A stretch of 64,000 nt of DNA from Paramecium tetraurelia (lineage: Eukaryota). Below are positions 27,601 to 39,545 of the stretch, in pieces. Location of the stretch: contig CT868541.1 in NCBI GenBank assembly GCA_000165425.1, positions 164,096 to 228,095 of the forward strand. The letters are read 5' to 3'. Position numbers and translations under genes: made by a program. The stretch's first letter is position 1. Each line of letters begins with the position of its first letter. Below the pieces are notes generated by a model. The model was not told where the DNA came from and searched no databases. It saw nothing but the letters and a program-made list of their open reading frames with translations.

Positions 27601-30428
27601 GCAGACTTAATTTAGATACAATAAAATATTTAGAATTAAGTTTATCTTTATTTCCAAAATGCGATAGTTTGTATTGCATAGCTGCTTAAATTAGAAGAAA
27701 TCCAGGGTTTATATTAAAAGCTCTGGAATGCAATTAGAAATGTCAAGCTGCCCTTTATCAATTAGGACTACTTTATATTGGTAGATAAAATTATGAATTT
27801 GCATTTTAAACACTGTAAAAATGTATTGAAGTTGAGCCAACAACATCAGCCTTTGCATATTTGGCATTATCAATAATTTTATTTATTTATCTTCAATAAA
27901 ACTATAATATTGAGTTACCTGATTGCAACAAAGTAAAACAATTGGATTCATTAAATTTTTACTAAAATTAATTGACATAAGCAATATCTTCATATTTAGA
28001 TTACGTATCCACACTTCAGAATACTCCTATTTAAAACATTTTAAGTATTATATATAGAAACTTATATTTGGGATACACAATTACAAGTGAAGCCATTCTT
28101 CATGACTAGAAATTTAAGCAGTTACTTAAATAATTCCCACCTGAATATACTAGCATTCTGTACTGTGAAATTCCTTACATCTAGAATTCAACAGAATTGG
28201 AAAATATTTATAATAAGTATACTAGTATAGTGTAAATAAAAGAAGAAATAAAATTAGTTATTACATAAATGAATCAGTATGAAAACATAAATAACAATCA
28301 AGTTTAATGGGCAGCAAAACTAAAATATTTGATTCACTTATTAACATTAAGCATTGATAAAGTATCAAATTTATAAGATTTAATTGGAGTTACAAATAAC
28401 GTATTTGATATGTTGGTTAAGAATATTATTCAATTAAGATAAGCAACAAACATTTTTAACTTTGATGTTTTATTTATGAGTTTTGTCAACAAATGGTATC
28501 ATTATACAAGAACTATTTATTTAAAGGATAATTCTCATAAAGATTATTATCTGTTTGTTGCTAAATTTTAGTAATAATGTCTAAAATTGAAAGAACTCAA
28601 CGAAGCTCAATTGATAAATTATATTGATTAATTAATGGATAAAAATACGAAAATTACAGAAGAATTAAAACATAAGTTATAATTTATGGAATTGATTTAT
28701 TAAGGAAATTGGTAAGAGGCAATTACTCATTTATAATTGTGTATATTTCATAATCCTTTGAAAAGAGTTTATAGAGATATTCTTAATAAAATTCATATGA
28801 CATTTTACGAATAGAAATATGTTCAATAAGATATATTAGATTTTAGAAAAACTAATTAGGCTTCTCTTTGGTTGAATACTATCATTAATGAATTGGTACT
28901 AGAGAGATCTAGAAATATATCCAGATTGCCTTTGATGCTAAAAATAATTAAATTTAAGATTTTACCTTATGCTGATAATTTAATTGCAAAACTCTTAGTT
29001 AAAGTATTATGTGATATTGAATAATAAATATCAACAGAGGGATTATTGGATTAAATCGCTAAGAAATTCAATATAGATAAAGAGAAATATTGGATTAAAG
29101 CATTGATTTAAAAACAGTTAAATGAAAAATAAAATGTTAACCAACTTATATTAAAATATAGAGATGTATATCTGGAACAATTTGAAGATTAAATTTAATG
29201 GAAAAAGACTGCTTTATTTTTTATAGTATATATTAATTTTATCACTAGCCAATTTTAACATAATTGTACTTTGATAGAGGTTCGTAAGGTATGGAAACAA
29301 TACTATAATAAATTATGCAAAATTATTGTCTGTATGCACAGCAATTTTTACCAAAGGATGATAAACTAAAGAAGGCTAGGTTTATATACAATATGCTACA
29401 TTATGGTTGCTACATAAAAAAATTAGATGATATTGAATCTATAGGTGTTACATTGACTAATTTAAAAGAAATAGCAGATGAAGTACTTATTAAAATTACT
29501 CTTTTAGTTTGCTAATTAAGGGACCTATAATCCAACTAGTTTATCAGTATATTTGCATTATCTAGTGGCAACTGAAAAATATTAGGAATTAGATAAATGG
29601 CTAGAAATTACTAATCAATATATTTATAATAATGATCCAATAATTACTTGGGGTTAAATTATAAGGTCATATCATTAAGTTGAAGAAAAGAAAGACATTA
29701 ATACTCTAAAGAAATTCATTACTTTGGTACAATAATAATCAATTCAAAATCCTAAATTATAATCCTAAATGCATTATTTGATTGGACAAGCAATGATGAA
29801 TGTTAATGATTGGTAATAGAAGTATTCCAAAGAGGAAGTTTTAAAAAAGTTTTAATTAGCTTTATTGTTGAATCCTAACAGAGAAATAATTAAATAATTA
29901 TAACCTCTTTAGACAGTTAGATAAATCAAATAAAAGGTCAAGCTTAGATTGGAATATTTTGAAGATGTATAGCAGCCAAAAAGAAAGTTGAAGAAAAAGG
30001 TTCTAGAAGGTCTTAATAGTGATTCAGATGAAGCATTAGTTGATCAAATGGATTATGAAGAAGATTAAAAAGAATTTCAATAAGAGCATGGCATGACCCT
30101 TGAAGAACATTAATAAATAACTGAAAGTGTTATAATTGAATAATAAAAAGCATTAGCAGAATATAATTAGTAAGTAGAGAGTTATAACGAATAATTAATG
30201 TATATTTATGAATAATAATAATATCTTGATTCTTTGGGTTAAGAAGAATAATAAAGATTAATCGAATATTATACATAGAATTATACCTAATTATCATATG
30301 AGTAGCAATGTTAGTATATGATATTGTAGGGATATCAAAATGAATAAATTGTGGAATATTTTTACCATTAATAATAATAATCATAAGAATCAGAATAGTA
30401 GTAAGAATAATAAAAATAATAATAATGA
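24673..30428 (+). CDS. Large TPR/helical-repeat protein (about 1900 aa), possibly SKI3/TTC37-like, with Q-rich tail
   Basis: TPR motifs (LSGLCFQKQKNFKKAEEFYLYTLEKRPED; ALYQLGLLYIGRQNYEFAFQTLQKCIEVEP) in a long code-6 frame; SKI3 identity is inferred only from N-terminal resemblance and size. Confidence 0.7.
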
Positions 30429-30829
30429 GATGGGCTTTTGTTTAAATATAAATTAGTATAATTTTTTTATATAATTAATTATAATGTGTATATTTTTGGC
30501 TTCTTGAGTGCTATTATTGATTATAAAATCTATATCTCAAAGTCTTCAAGCATTGATTCTTATATAAAAATAAATGAACTTGCAAAATATTTAGTTTGTT
30601 TCAAAGCACATTTTACTTTCTTTTCAGTTGAAATCTTTATAATTTTCAAAATAGATTTGAATAGATATCTTTGCATACTTAAACAAAATAATGTTTAAGA
30701 GATTTGATTATAAATAAAATATTTAGAAGTTGAACATGTATAATTTTAAAGCATTTAAATAACATTCCTTTATTATGTTAAGGTCAATTATAAAGATTGC
30801 ATCTGGATAATATTTATTTATGAATAATC

Positions 30830-31801
30830 TCATATTGTTGTTTCCAAAGTTATTCCAAGAGGAACTGGAAGAATTCCACATTTAGCTGGGCATGTTCCAT
30901 CAATTGGTACTACGGTTGCTAAGGTCCATGAGAATCTATAAATTGAATAGATTTTAATTCTACGTATTATTGAATTTTCCTTTAGCAGAAAGACCAACGG
31001 TTTTATTAAGAACATTTAATCTTGCCTTAACATCAGCTCCTTAGAATTTGGTCGAAGCAGCCAATAAGATTGAGACACTGCTGACTGGGATATATTCAAT
31101 TTCAAATCCATATTGATTGGAGTTCTTTCTGATAATAGCATCAACTAGAAATTTTCCAAATCCAAAATTGCTAAATAATGGGAAGGATGGCTTTGGGTTG
31201 GTTAAATGTCTAAAGTAAACATCGTATTTTTAGGTTTAATATCCAACCAAAAAGTCCAACTTATCGAATTCCTATTTGCTAAGACACACTTATGAAGCAA
31301 TAACATAAACCCAATTGTTATGTTTGACTTATGATCTCAGTAAGAAATTGACTTTATCTTAGTTTAACCATTCAAATCCTAAAAATTGATATAAATGATA
31401 GTACTTGCATGACTTAAGCATTTTTATCCTTCATAGACTGATCCAAATCTAATGGTTGATTTTGATGAACTATTATAGAATTACACATTGGCAAATAAAT
31501 TTTATTGTTTGACGATATTAAATTTGCCAAAATCAACATGAACCTTAGTTTATTCTTTTCTTGTGGCAAACCAGAAATAATAATTGTTATATGGGAATTA
31601 AAACTTTGTTTCTTATCCTGGTGCCAAAGATTTAGCAATATCTAATGTGCCTTTGTAATTTGCAATTCCGCCACCATTTGCTGAAGCCTTGACTTTCAAA
31701 GTAGCTTTTCCTGTTGAGAAATCATCTTCAATAAGCTTTTTAGCAGTGAAATCACCCAAAGATTACAATGGGGCTGGTGACAAGGACTGAGGGGTAGCCA
31801 T
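30830..31801 (-). CDS. Divergent eukaryotic porin (VDAC-like beta-barrel)
   Basis: About 310 aa; N-terminal P..LGDFTAKKLIEDDF helix, then amphipathic beta strands; C-terminal beta-signal-like LGITLETTI. Confidence 0.65.
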
Positions 31802-31918
31802 AAATATTAATTAATATCTTTTTTAATTCTTTTCTTTTGTATTAATTGGATATGAATACGGAGATCAATAGTAAGGTCCTCTGCATATATGGGATTGTTA
31901 TTTAAATTAATAATTAGA

Positions 31919-32296
31919 TCATAACTCTAATTGGGGTCCTTTAATTGATGATTAAGTCCGAATTCTATCATCAAAACTAGTCCTTTGTTTGGTATAAGAT
32001 TAATATTATCTTGTCTTTTCCATTCTATGCTCTCTGCTTTTCTGCCATAAGAGGAGACCAAGCCCAACGAATATATACAGCTTGAGTATTAATGATATGA
32101 TACTGCTGCAGCAACAATACATGCAGTGGCACTCTTCGAATAATCCCTGGATTTTCCTCCTGCCACAGCATATGGATAAAATGGGGTTTTGGCATCAACA
32201 ACTAAGAATAGTATAAACTAGTATTCTACTATATAATCATACGAATGCTAGTGCTGCTAAGAAACTATTCACAACCCAAAATTCTAAACAACCCAT
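31919..32296 (-). CDS. Small two-TM protein, RNASEK / V-ATPase subunit f-like
   Basis: MGCLEFWVVNSFLAALAF|FILFLVV..DYSKSATACIVAAA|LYIFVGLGLLLWQ; resembles the RNASEK motif YNCFIAAGLYLLLG; two micro-introns. Confidence 0.55.
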
Positions 32297-32307
32297 TTAT
32301 ATTAATT

Positions 32308-35300
32308 ATGAAATCAACTTTTACAAGGTCAGCTCAAAGAAGTCTAGAGGAGCAACCAGTGAGTTCTTAATTCAAAGCATCCTCTCAGCTACATGCTGCT
32401 CTCCTTAGTGAGTATAAACGCCCTGAAAATTCGTCTATGCCCAAAGTCACACTCACATCCACAGGCAAAGAAGCTGTCAGATAAGCAAGACTCGAAAAAG
32501 AAATTTAAAAGTTTGAATATACTTTGTAATCTGAAGTTGCTTCATTACCTAAACATCCTGCACCTATATACAGAGAATAAACTAAAGTAAGTTATCAAAT
32601 TTATTGTCAAGTTGCTTATTGAAAGACAAAAGGATAGCAGAAGAGATAAACACCTGAAGTTTTGCGATGAATTTGAAAAGTGGGTCAATCGTCTTAATAA
32701 AAATTTAGAAGAGGCATATAAAGATATTAAAAGAGATATTACAGATTTCTTTTCTGAATCAGATCAATAGATTACTAATTATTATTAAACACTTACTGAT
32801 GAGGCCTTGCTCAAAAGGGAAATTGACTTTGTGGAAAGTATCCATTCAACTGTCAATGCACATAGAGAAAAAAGAGAAACCAAAGTCAATGCACTTGATA
32901 AAAGATTAGAAGATTTAGAGAAAGAGAGATTTAGATCCTTAGAACTATTCTGTAACAGATTCTAAGAAGGTCTAATTGATGTGGCATTTCAATTAGAACC
33001 TGAAATAACTGCGCATGTGGATGTATGAGCTCTTATTATACATTCAGACTTTCAGAGAAGAGTTTCGAAAGGTTGTGGCAGAGAAGAGAGCAGAGAATTA
33101 AGTCTATGTTCAAGAGGTCAATAGACAACATCAAGAGACATTCAAATTGTATGACGAGACACAAATTTAGAAAGAATAACGGTGGAGAGATTTAAAACAT
33201 TAGCATTACATCGAAGAGTTTAATGTTGATATATAGAAATTAGAATATGTCTATCCCGATGAAAGAACATAGTTGTATGATAAATTTAGGAAAACATAAA
33301 AGGATATATTTAGAGAAAGAAAATAACTACTAGAGAAGCTAAATTCTATTGAATTGGCTGCTTTGACAAAGTCAATAGTTGAAAAGTGGATAGATGAAAC
33401 TAAATCATACAATGAATTAGCATCATAAACAATAGATGTTTGTTGTAATAATTTACTAGAAGAGACTAAAAAGACACATGCTCATTGTATGTAAAGATTT
33501 GAATTAATCAAAACATAATTATTGTATGCTAGGGCTAAATCAGAAGAAGAATTAAATCAATTATTAGATGAATAATTCTTACCATAAGTCAATTGTTTAA
33601 ATCAATCTGCTAGAGATTTGATGAAATAAGCAATTAATTACTATGAGAGAATTGATTAATAATAAACTGATATAATAACGAATTTTGGTTAATTCTTCAT
33701 GAAAATAGCATAGAAGAATGATGAATACAAAACTGAAATGCAGTTATTAATGCATAATTACGAAATCCAGAAAGCATAAGCAGCAGATAAAAATGATGAA
33801 GTCTTAGAGGAACTTACAAAAAAGTTAAAAGAAGATAAGTAGAAATTAACTGAAGCATTACATCACCCTCGTTTGGAAGAATGCTTAGCCTAATGCTACA
33901 AGGATTTGGATTTATTTGGAGAAGAATATGAGAGATTTCATTAAGATAATTTGGCGATTGCCAATCAACATCCAAACATAATAAGAAATAAACATTAGTT
34001 GTTTGAAAAATCAGTGTTAAGCATCTTTGAACTAGTTGATCCACAAAAGGAATAATTCTTATAAGAGAAATACAGAAGGATAGCCGAAATCAAAATAAAA
34101 TACTTAATTGCAAAGGAAGAATACAATAAAAAAATAGAAGAAGAGAAGTTAATCGAAGAAGCCAAAAATAAAAAAGGAGGAAAGCCTCCTGCCACAAAGC
34201 CTAAAGACCCAAAAAAGTATTAATATGAAAATATCATAGATTTTAATAAGAATTAGAAGATAGAATGAAGTAATTACTAAAGGAATAACCACCCTAAGAG
34301 GTAGCGAAATATCAAAGTCCACTTGATTAGTAATTTGTGTAATTTAGATCTACTAATGAAATTGCAGAACGTATGTACATTCCACCTGATGAAATGGAAC
34401 AAGTAGTAGCTAAAGAAAAATCAGAAACTGATGAAATTGAATCATATTTATAATAGCAGAATGCCCCAAAAGATCCTAAAGCAAAACCTGCAGCTCCTCC
34501 TCCTATTGAGTTACCTAATTATGCTCCAGAGGAAGATGTTCCTAAAAAATCAGTGGATTTTGCTGAACCACCTCCTATTAATGTGTTGAATTAGGCTGTT
34601 TTAGAGAAGGATGCAATAATAACAATTGAATATTTGTCATCATTATTGAATCAAACAAAATAGAAATTGTTTGATTATATAACAAGTTGTCTTAACTTCT
34701 AAAATCAACAAGCTAATGTAAGTGATCATGAATTTATCAAATAATCAGAAAAACAGAGGAATGAAAGGTAGGCTTAAATAGATCCTTAAAAACAAGAAAT
34801 CAAAAATACTATCTATGTTTTAAGAAGCCAATAAATTACTATGCATAAAAAAAGGTAAAACTAAAGATTAATTAATTAGATATGAACGATATGCAAAGTA
34901 ATTAGTAGAAAGGATTGATGATCAAACAGAATAGATTAATTTCTTATTAGAAGGTGGATTATTAGATATGAAAGATTACATTCAAGAATAGTAAACACTC
35001 AAAAACAATCTACAAACAGCAACTACTTTAGCCAAATTACAAGGAATTTAAAATACTGTTAAAGAGAACTATTTCAAGTTTGGAGAAAGTAACTATTTTA
35101 CTTATTATAGAAATTAATGATTTGGAATAAAAATTAAGTTATTTGGCAAATTAAGAATTGGACGTCTTGTTGCAAAAAAACAAAGATTTTATGAGAGATT
35201 GCAAACCAAATGAATATTTTAAAGAAGAATTAGAATGGTATCAATAAATGATGGATGAACATAATGCTACAATAGTTAAGCATAAGGAGAAGAGAACATA

Positions 35301-36896
35301 AAGATTAGAAGAAATTAAGAAAGTGTTGACGGCAAAAAGATAAGAATAACTGGATAAATTTGAATAAGAATACATAATAGCTGTTGAAGATTTAGCAGCA
35401 AAGGATGGAACTGGAAAGAAGTATGGAAGACCTAAAAGAATAGCATAAGAAAAATTAAGAACAGAGATGACTAAATGTGAAAAAGCATAAGAATGCATTA
35501 ATTTTAAAATATAAGAATTGAAGGACCATTATGATTTATTCAAAAAAAAATAAGGTGATTATTTTGCTAATCTTGAACCCTCATTTTCTATTAAAGTAAG
35601 AAAAATATTGAGTGGAACATTGGTTTGTATCAAAAGATATGCAGCTCATATTGAAGCACTTAAACCAGATAATAAAGTCGTAGATATGCCAAGAACAACT
35701 TGGAAGGAAAATAAGTTTGATACTATTTTAGAGAATGAAGAATAATAAGACGGATAAAAAGATGATCGAAAATGATTTAGAAAACATGGGACCTTTATTT
35801 TATGCGGAGAAAAAACTATAGGAAAGTTTAGTAGAAATTGAAAAGATAATTAAAGAGGAAGCTATTAAAATTTATGCTGATAAATAGAAGTTCTTAACTG
35901 GAGCTGATAAAATTCCAGATTATCTTAGAGCTTATATTGAGAATATGTAAAGGAATATGAATGAATTCAGAATATAATCTATTAGAGAACTTAGGAATGC
36001 TTGTGAAGAATTATCAGAAATGTCCCCAAATATTAGTGAAATGATATTATTCTCAAATCATTAAAGATGGATTTTCACATTGTAAATGATTAACTCTAAT
36101 TTATGGAATGAATTACAATAGGAGTAGAGTAAACAAGAGAATCTTAAGAAGACCCATTAGAAATAACTAAGACCTAATTTAGGAAATCCATAATTAAAAG
36201 AAGAATTAGATGATCTTAAATCAAGGGAATCAAAAAGACTTTCTGATTTTTTGGAATTATTATCAAAATATTAAGTAACACTTTTTGATGAGAATTTTAA
36301 TCAAGGAGACAAATATCTGAAAGCTGCAAGTTAAAATTTTGAGTTTTTGTTGCTATTTTATGATTCTCTATTGCTATTTGAGGATTTTATTAAATTACCC
36401 TGGAGATGAATAAATACAAAAGAAGCATTAGAATTTAAAAGTCTCTTTGAGATAGAAGTAGAGCGGTTAGATCATAGATACAAATTCAGAAAGATCTCTA
36501 AGTAAAACTTGGGAAGGAGTCTAATTGGAAATGTTTACTATTGGGGATAGAATTATTCAATACAATTGGCAAATCAATTAAGTTATAAAGGTTGATCCAA
36601 AGGATGCAAAAAACAAAGCTCCAGAAGCTAAGAAACCTGCAGCAGGAGGTAAACAACAGGAGATTGAGAAACCAGTTTAGACAAGCACAACGTATTATAT
36701 TTACTAATTTAGACCATTAAAATCGTTTAAGACATTTAGATAGATATCTGCCAAACATGAGTTCTTTAGGTCTGTTAATGAATTTGTGATTGAATACAAG
36801 AAATAAGTTGATTATACCAAAGATCAAATTAAATTACTGAGTGAAAGAGAGTTAAAGTTTTAATTCAAATGGGAATAAAGCATTGCTTCTTTGTGA
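32308..36896 (+). CDS. CCDC180: CCDC180/FAP76-like ciliary coiled-coil protein (DUF4455 + DUF4456); carries apparent single-base frameshifts
   Basis: LIDVAFQLEPEI, KKYGRPKRIAQEKLRTEMTKC, QLRPNLGNPQLKEELDDLKSRE, KTWEG; frame breaks at about 32311, 35750 and 36399. Confidence 0.8.
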
Positions 36897-36922
36897 TATT
36901 AATATAATTTATATATATTTTT

Positions 36923-38237
36923 ATGTTATTTCCAACTGAGCCTTACATTAAGAAGAAGTTCTTTTATAAGAATATGTTGGCAGACAATTCCAAAATAGAC
37001 TTCCTTAATTAATATAAGGTGTTATAGCAGTTGAAAGATAATCACAATGGTAATAACAGAAATCAATTTCATACATAAGTTACATAGGTAAGTCTTTATA
37101 AACCGATGTTCAGTATTCATTCTCCTCAGACATCACAAACAATAAATAAATCATAAAGGCCAGGATTCAGTTCAGTAAGGCGTTTCCATACTCATAATTC
37201 CTAATAAACCCTTTTGAGCAGACATCCAATTGACACCCCTAAATTGGAAAGCAGGAAAGAAAGGAGGGCGCCTTTACACAAAAGGAAATTAGTTTTGAAA
37301 TAACCATCCTTAGAAATTTCTGATTACTTGGAATATCTTAAGAGCCAAAAATAATCTAATACTTCTCTTAAATATTCAGATCTCTTGAAAGAAGAAACCC
37401 CTATTGTTACTATGAATTAGTAGAAATAGCAAACTTATAGGAAGTAAAAAGAAGAATAAGGAAACCATTTGCAATTATTATATTAATGGTAAATCACATC
37501 CATAATCCTCTAGTACGAACGCGGTTTCTCGTATCTAGGATGAAAGTAATTTCTAGGATATTATTAATTCGTGTACTCATCAATATCCTAATCTAAAACA
37601 CACTATTGATTAATTGATGTAAGATATCGAAGTTGCTTCATTGATATATACAAGTCCATCCTAATTAGGAGCCACTCTTGGTAGAATTAATGGAGTTGAT
37701 TATAAGATATTTTATTTGCTTTTTAGACCTTAAATTGAATATCCAGAATCAAATTAACTTTACTCTGTTGATGAGGAACTCTGTAGAAAATATAAGTTTT
37801 TAAGACCAACCAAATATGATGTTTATTACAGAATCTTTGGGGCAGGTGATTTACCATTAGAATTTTAGGATTAATTAGGTTAACCTGAACCCTAAATCAG
37901 AAAGCATAAGATTAGACTTTCAGAGTATTAATTTGCTTAATAAAATAAACATATAATCCCTTCTATTGATTATGATTTTGTTAAGAAGATATCTTACTAC
38001 TAAAAAAATTTATAATTATTCTTAAAGTAGAAATCAGGAGATATCTTGACTAATCTCAAATAATCAATGATGGATGAAGAGAAAACAAACGGCAACATGT
38101 AAAGACATACTATACTTTCGAAATTAATGGATTCTGAAAATTAAATTGGCCATTTCCCATTAGTAACTCGATAAAATAGATATTTATTCGAAAAGGTTGA
38201 ATACGATCAAAGATTACTAAATAAATAAAAAAACTGA
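36923..38237 (+). CDS. Hypothetical protein
   Basis: ATG 36923 (MLFPTEPYIKKKFF), code-6 open reading with at least one micro-intron, TGA 38235-38237; no recognised domain. Confidence 0.65.
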
Positions 38238-38869
38238 AGAAGACTTCAATAAAATATATTATTTATTAATTTTATTTTTATAATAAACTAATCAAATACA
38301 ATTCTAATCATTAATAAAATAAGAATAATAATATTCCATATTTTATAATTAAATCAAAAATTTTCTTAATATAAATAAATCTTTACATGTCTTCCATATT
38401 TGTATCAAATAGATGCTTAAATCTTTTGATTCCATTAGTAATGTTATCTACTATGTAAAAGGCAGATAAATTGAAAAATCTAATAATTAAATTCTAACTT
38501 AAATTAAGAATACAATTTACTTAATAACCATGGTTTTAATGCAATTGATGAATTTAGAAAGAAGGAAATATTTAATCAATTTCCTGCATCTAAATGTATA
38601 ATATTAATCGAATAATTGATTAACTTAATATTTAGTATCTATAAATTTAGGAGTTTGTTGAATATCCAATAAACCAAATCATCGATTAGGAGAGTGTGGA
38701 CACCTAAGCACCGACTTGAGTTACCATTTAGAAGGATTTCTGAGGATATGCGAAAGAGATTACTTTATTTCAATAGGATGATGAAATTAAATTAGAATTT
38801 TAAAAATTTATTTTAAGAATAATCTGAAAATTTAAATTCTTATTTAGGTAATATTAAATTAATTGCTTT

Positions 38870-39433
38870 TCATTAGGAATCACTATATGGAACACATCCA
38901 GTCCATGGTCTAGCTACGTATTAATTGAAACGACCGTCAAATTACAAAGTATTTGTAACTGTATTTTGGACTTATGTTTTGTACAATAAATTGTATTCAA
39001 CTGGATCCCTGGCTAAAACCCACATGAAGAATTTTGATGGTTCACTAACGATAGCCCATTGATATTATTCATTTTTGACTGGACCTAATTAGACAATCCA
39101 ATAATCAGCATATTCGAAAGGAGCTCCATCCAAATGTACTTTTAATTAGCCTGGTTATTCTGGATTTGGAATATAAGCATATCCTGTGATTTCCTTGATT
39201 TCACCTGAAGGAGATCCATATCTTTCCATATTTAAGACACTCAAATTTCCATCTGATTAGACACCATAAGTAGCTCTTGTGCAATAAGCATCTTTTTCAA
39301 ATGTTAAATGAACCCAAGGGCTGCTGGCCACTTCATACCAGTTACCCAAGTATTAAGTAACATTAAGTGTTTAAACACTCTATAATTAAGCAGATGCCAA
39401 TCCAAGAAGCACAACAATAATTAATTTGTTCAT
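38870..39433 (-). CDS. Secreted lipocalin (ApoD/Blc-like), intronless, 187 aa
   Basis: Signal peptide MNKLIIVVLLGLASA; SCR1 LNVTQYLGNWYEVA, CTRATY, DYWIVQLG, QYQWAIV, SCR3 WVLARDP. Confidence 0.93.
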
Positions 39434-39545
39434 TTATTAATGAAAGATCAGGAATTAAATTCTGCTTTTCTTTCTAGAATAAGAACAATATTCTTCTTAA
39501 AATGATGATGCGTCATTAAATTTAATTATTAATAATAATAAAAAG

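Noticed and set aside
31848..31895. SECIS-like hairpin (ATGA at the stem base)
   Set aside because: The ATGA is on the strand opposite the flanking genes, the GA quartet geometry is not met, and no in-frame Sec TGA is evident
35740..36410. Euplotes-type programmed +1 frameshifting in CCDC180
   Set aside because: That mechanism needs TAA/TAG as stops after AAA; here they are sense codons and the sites share no motif
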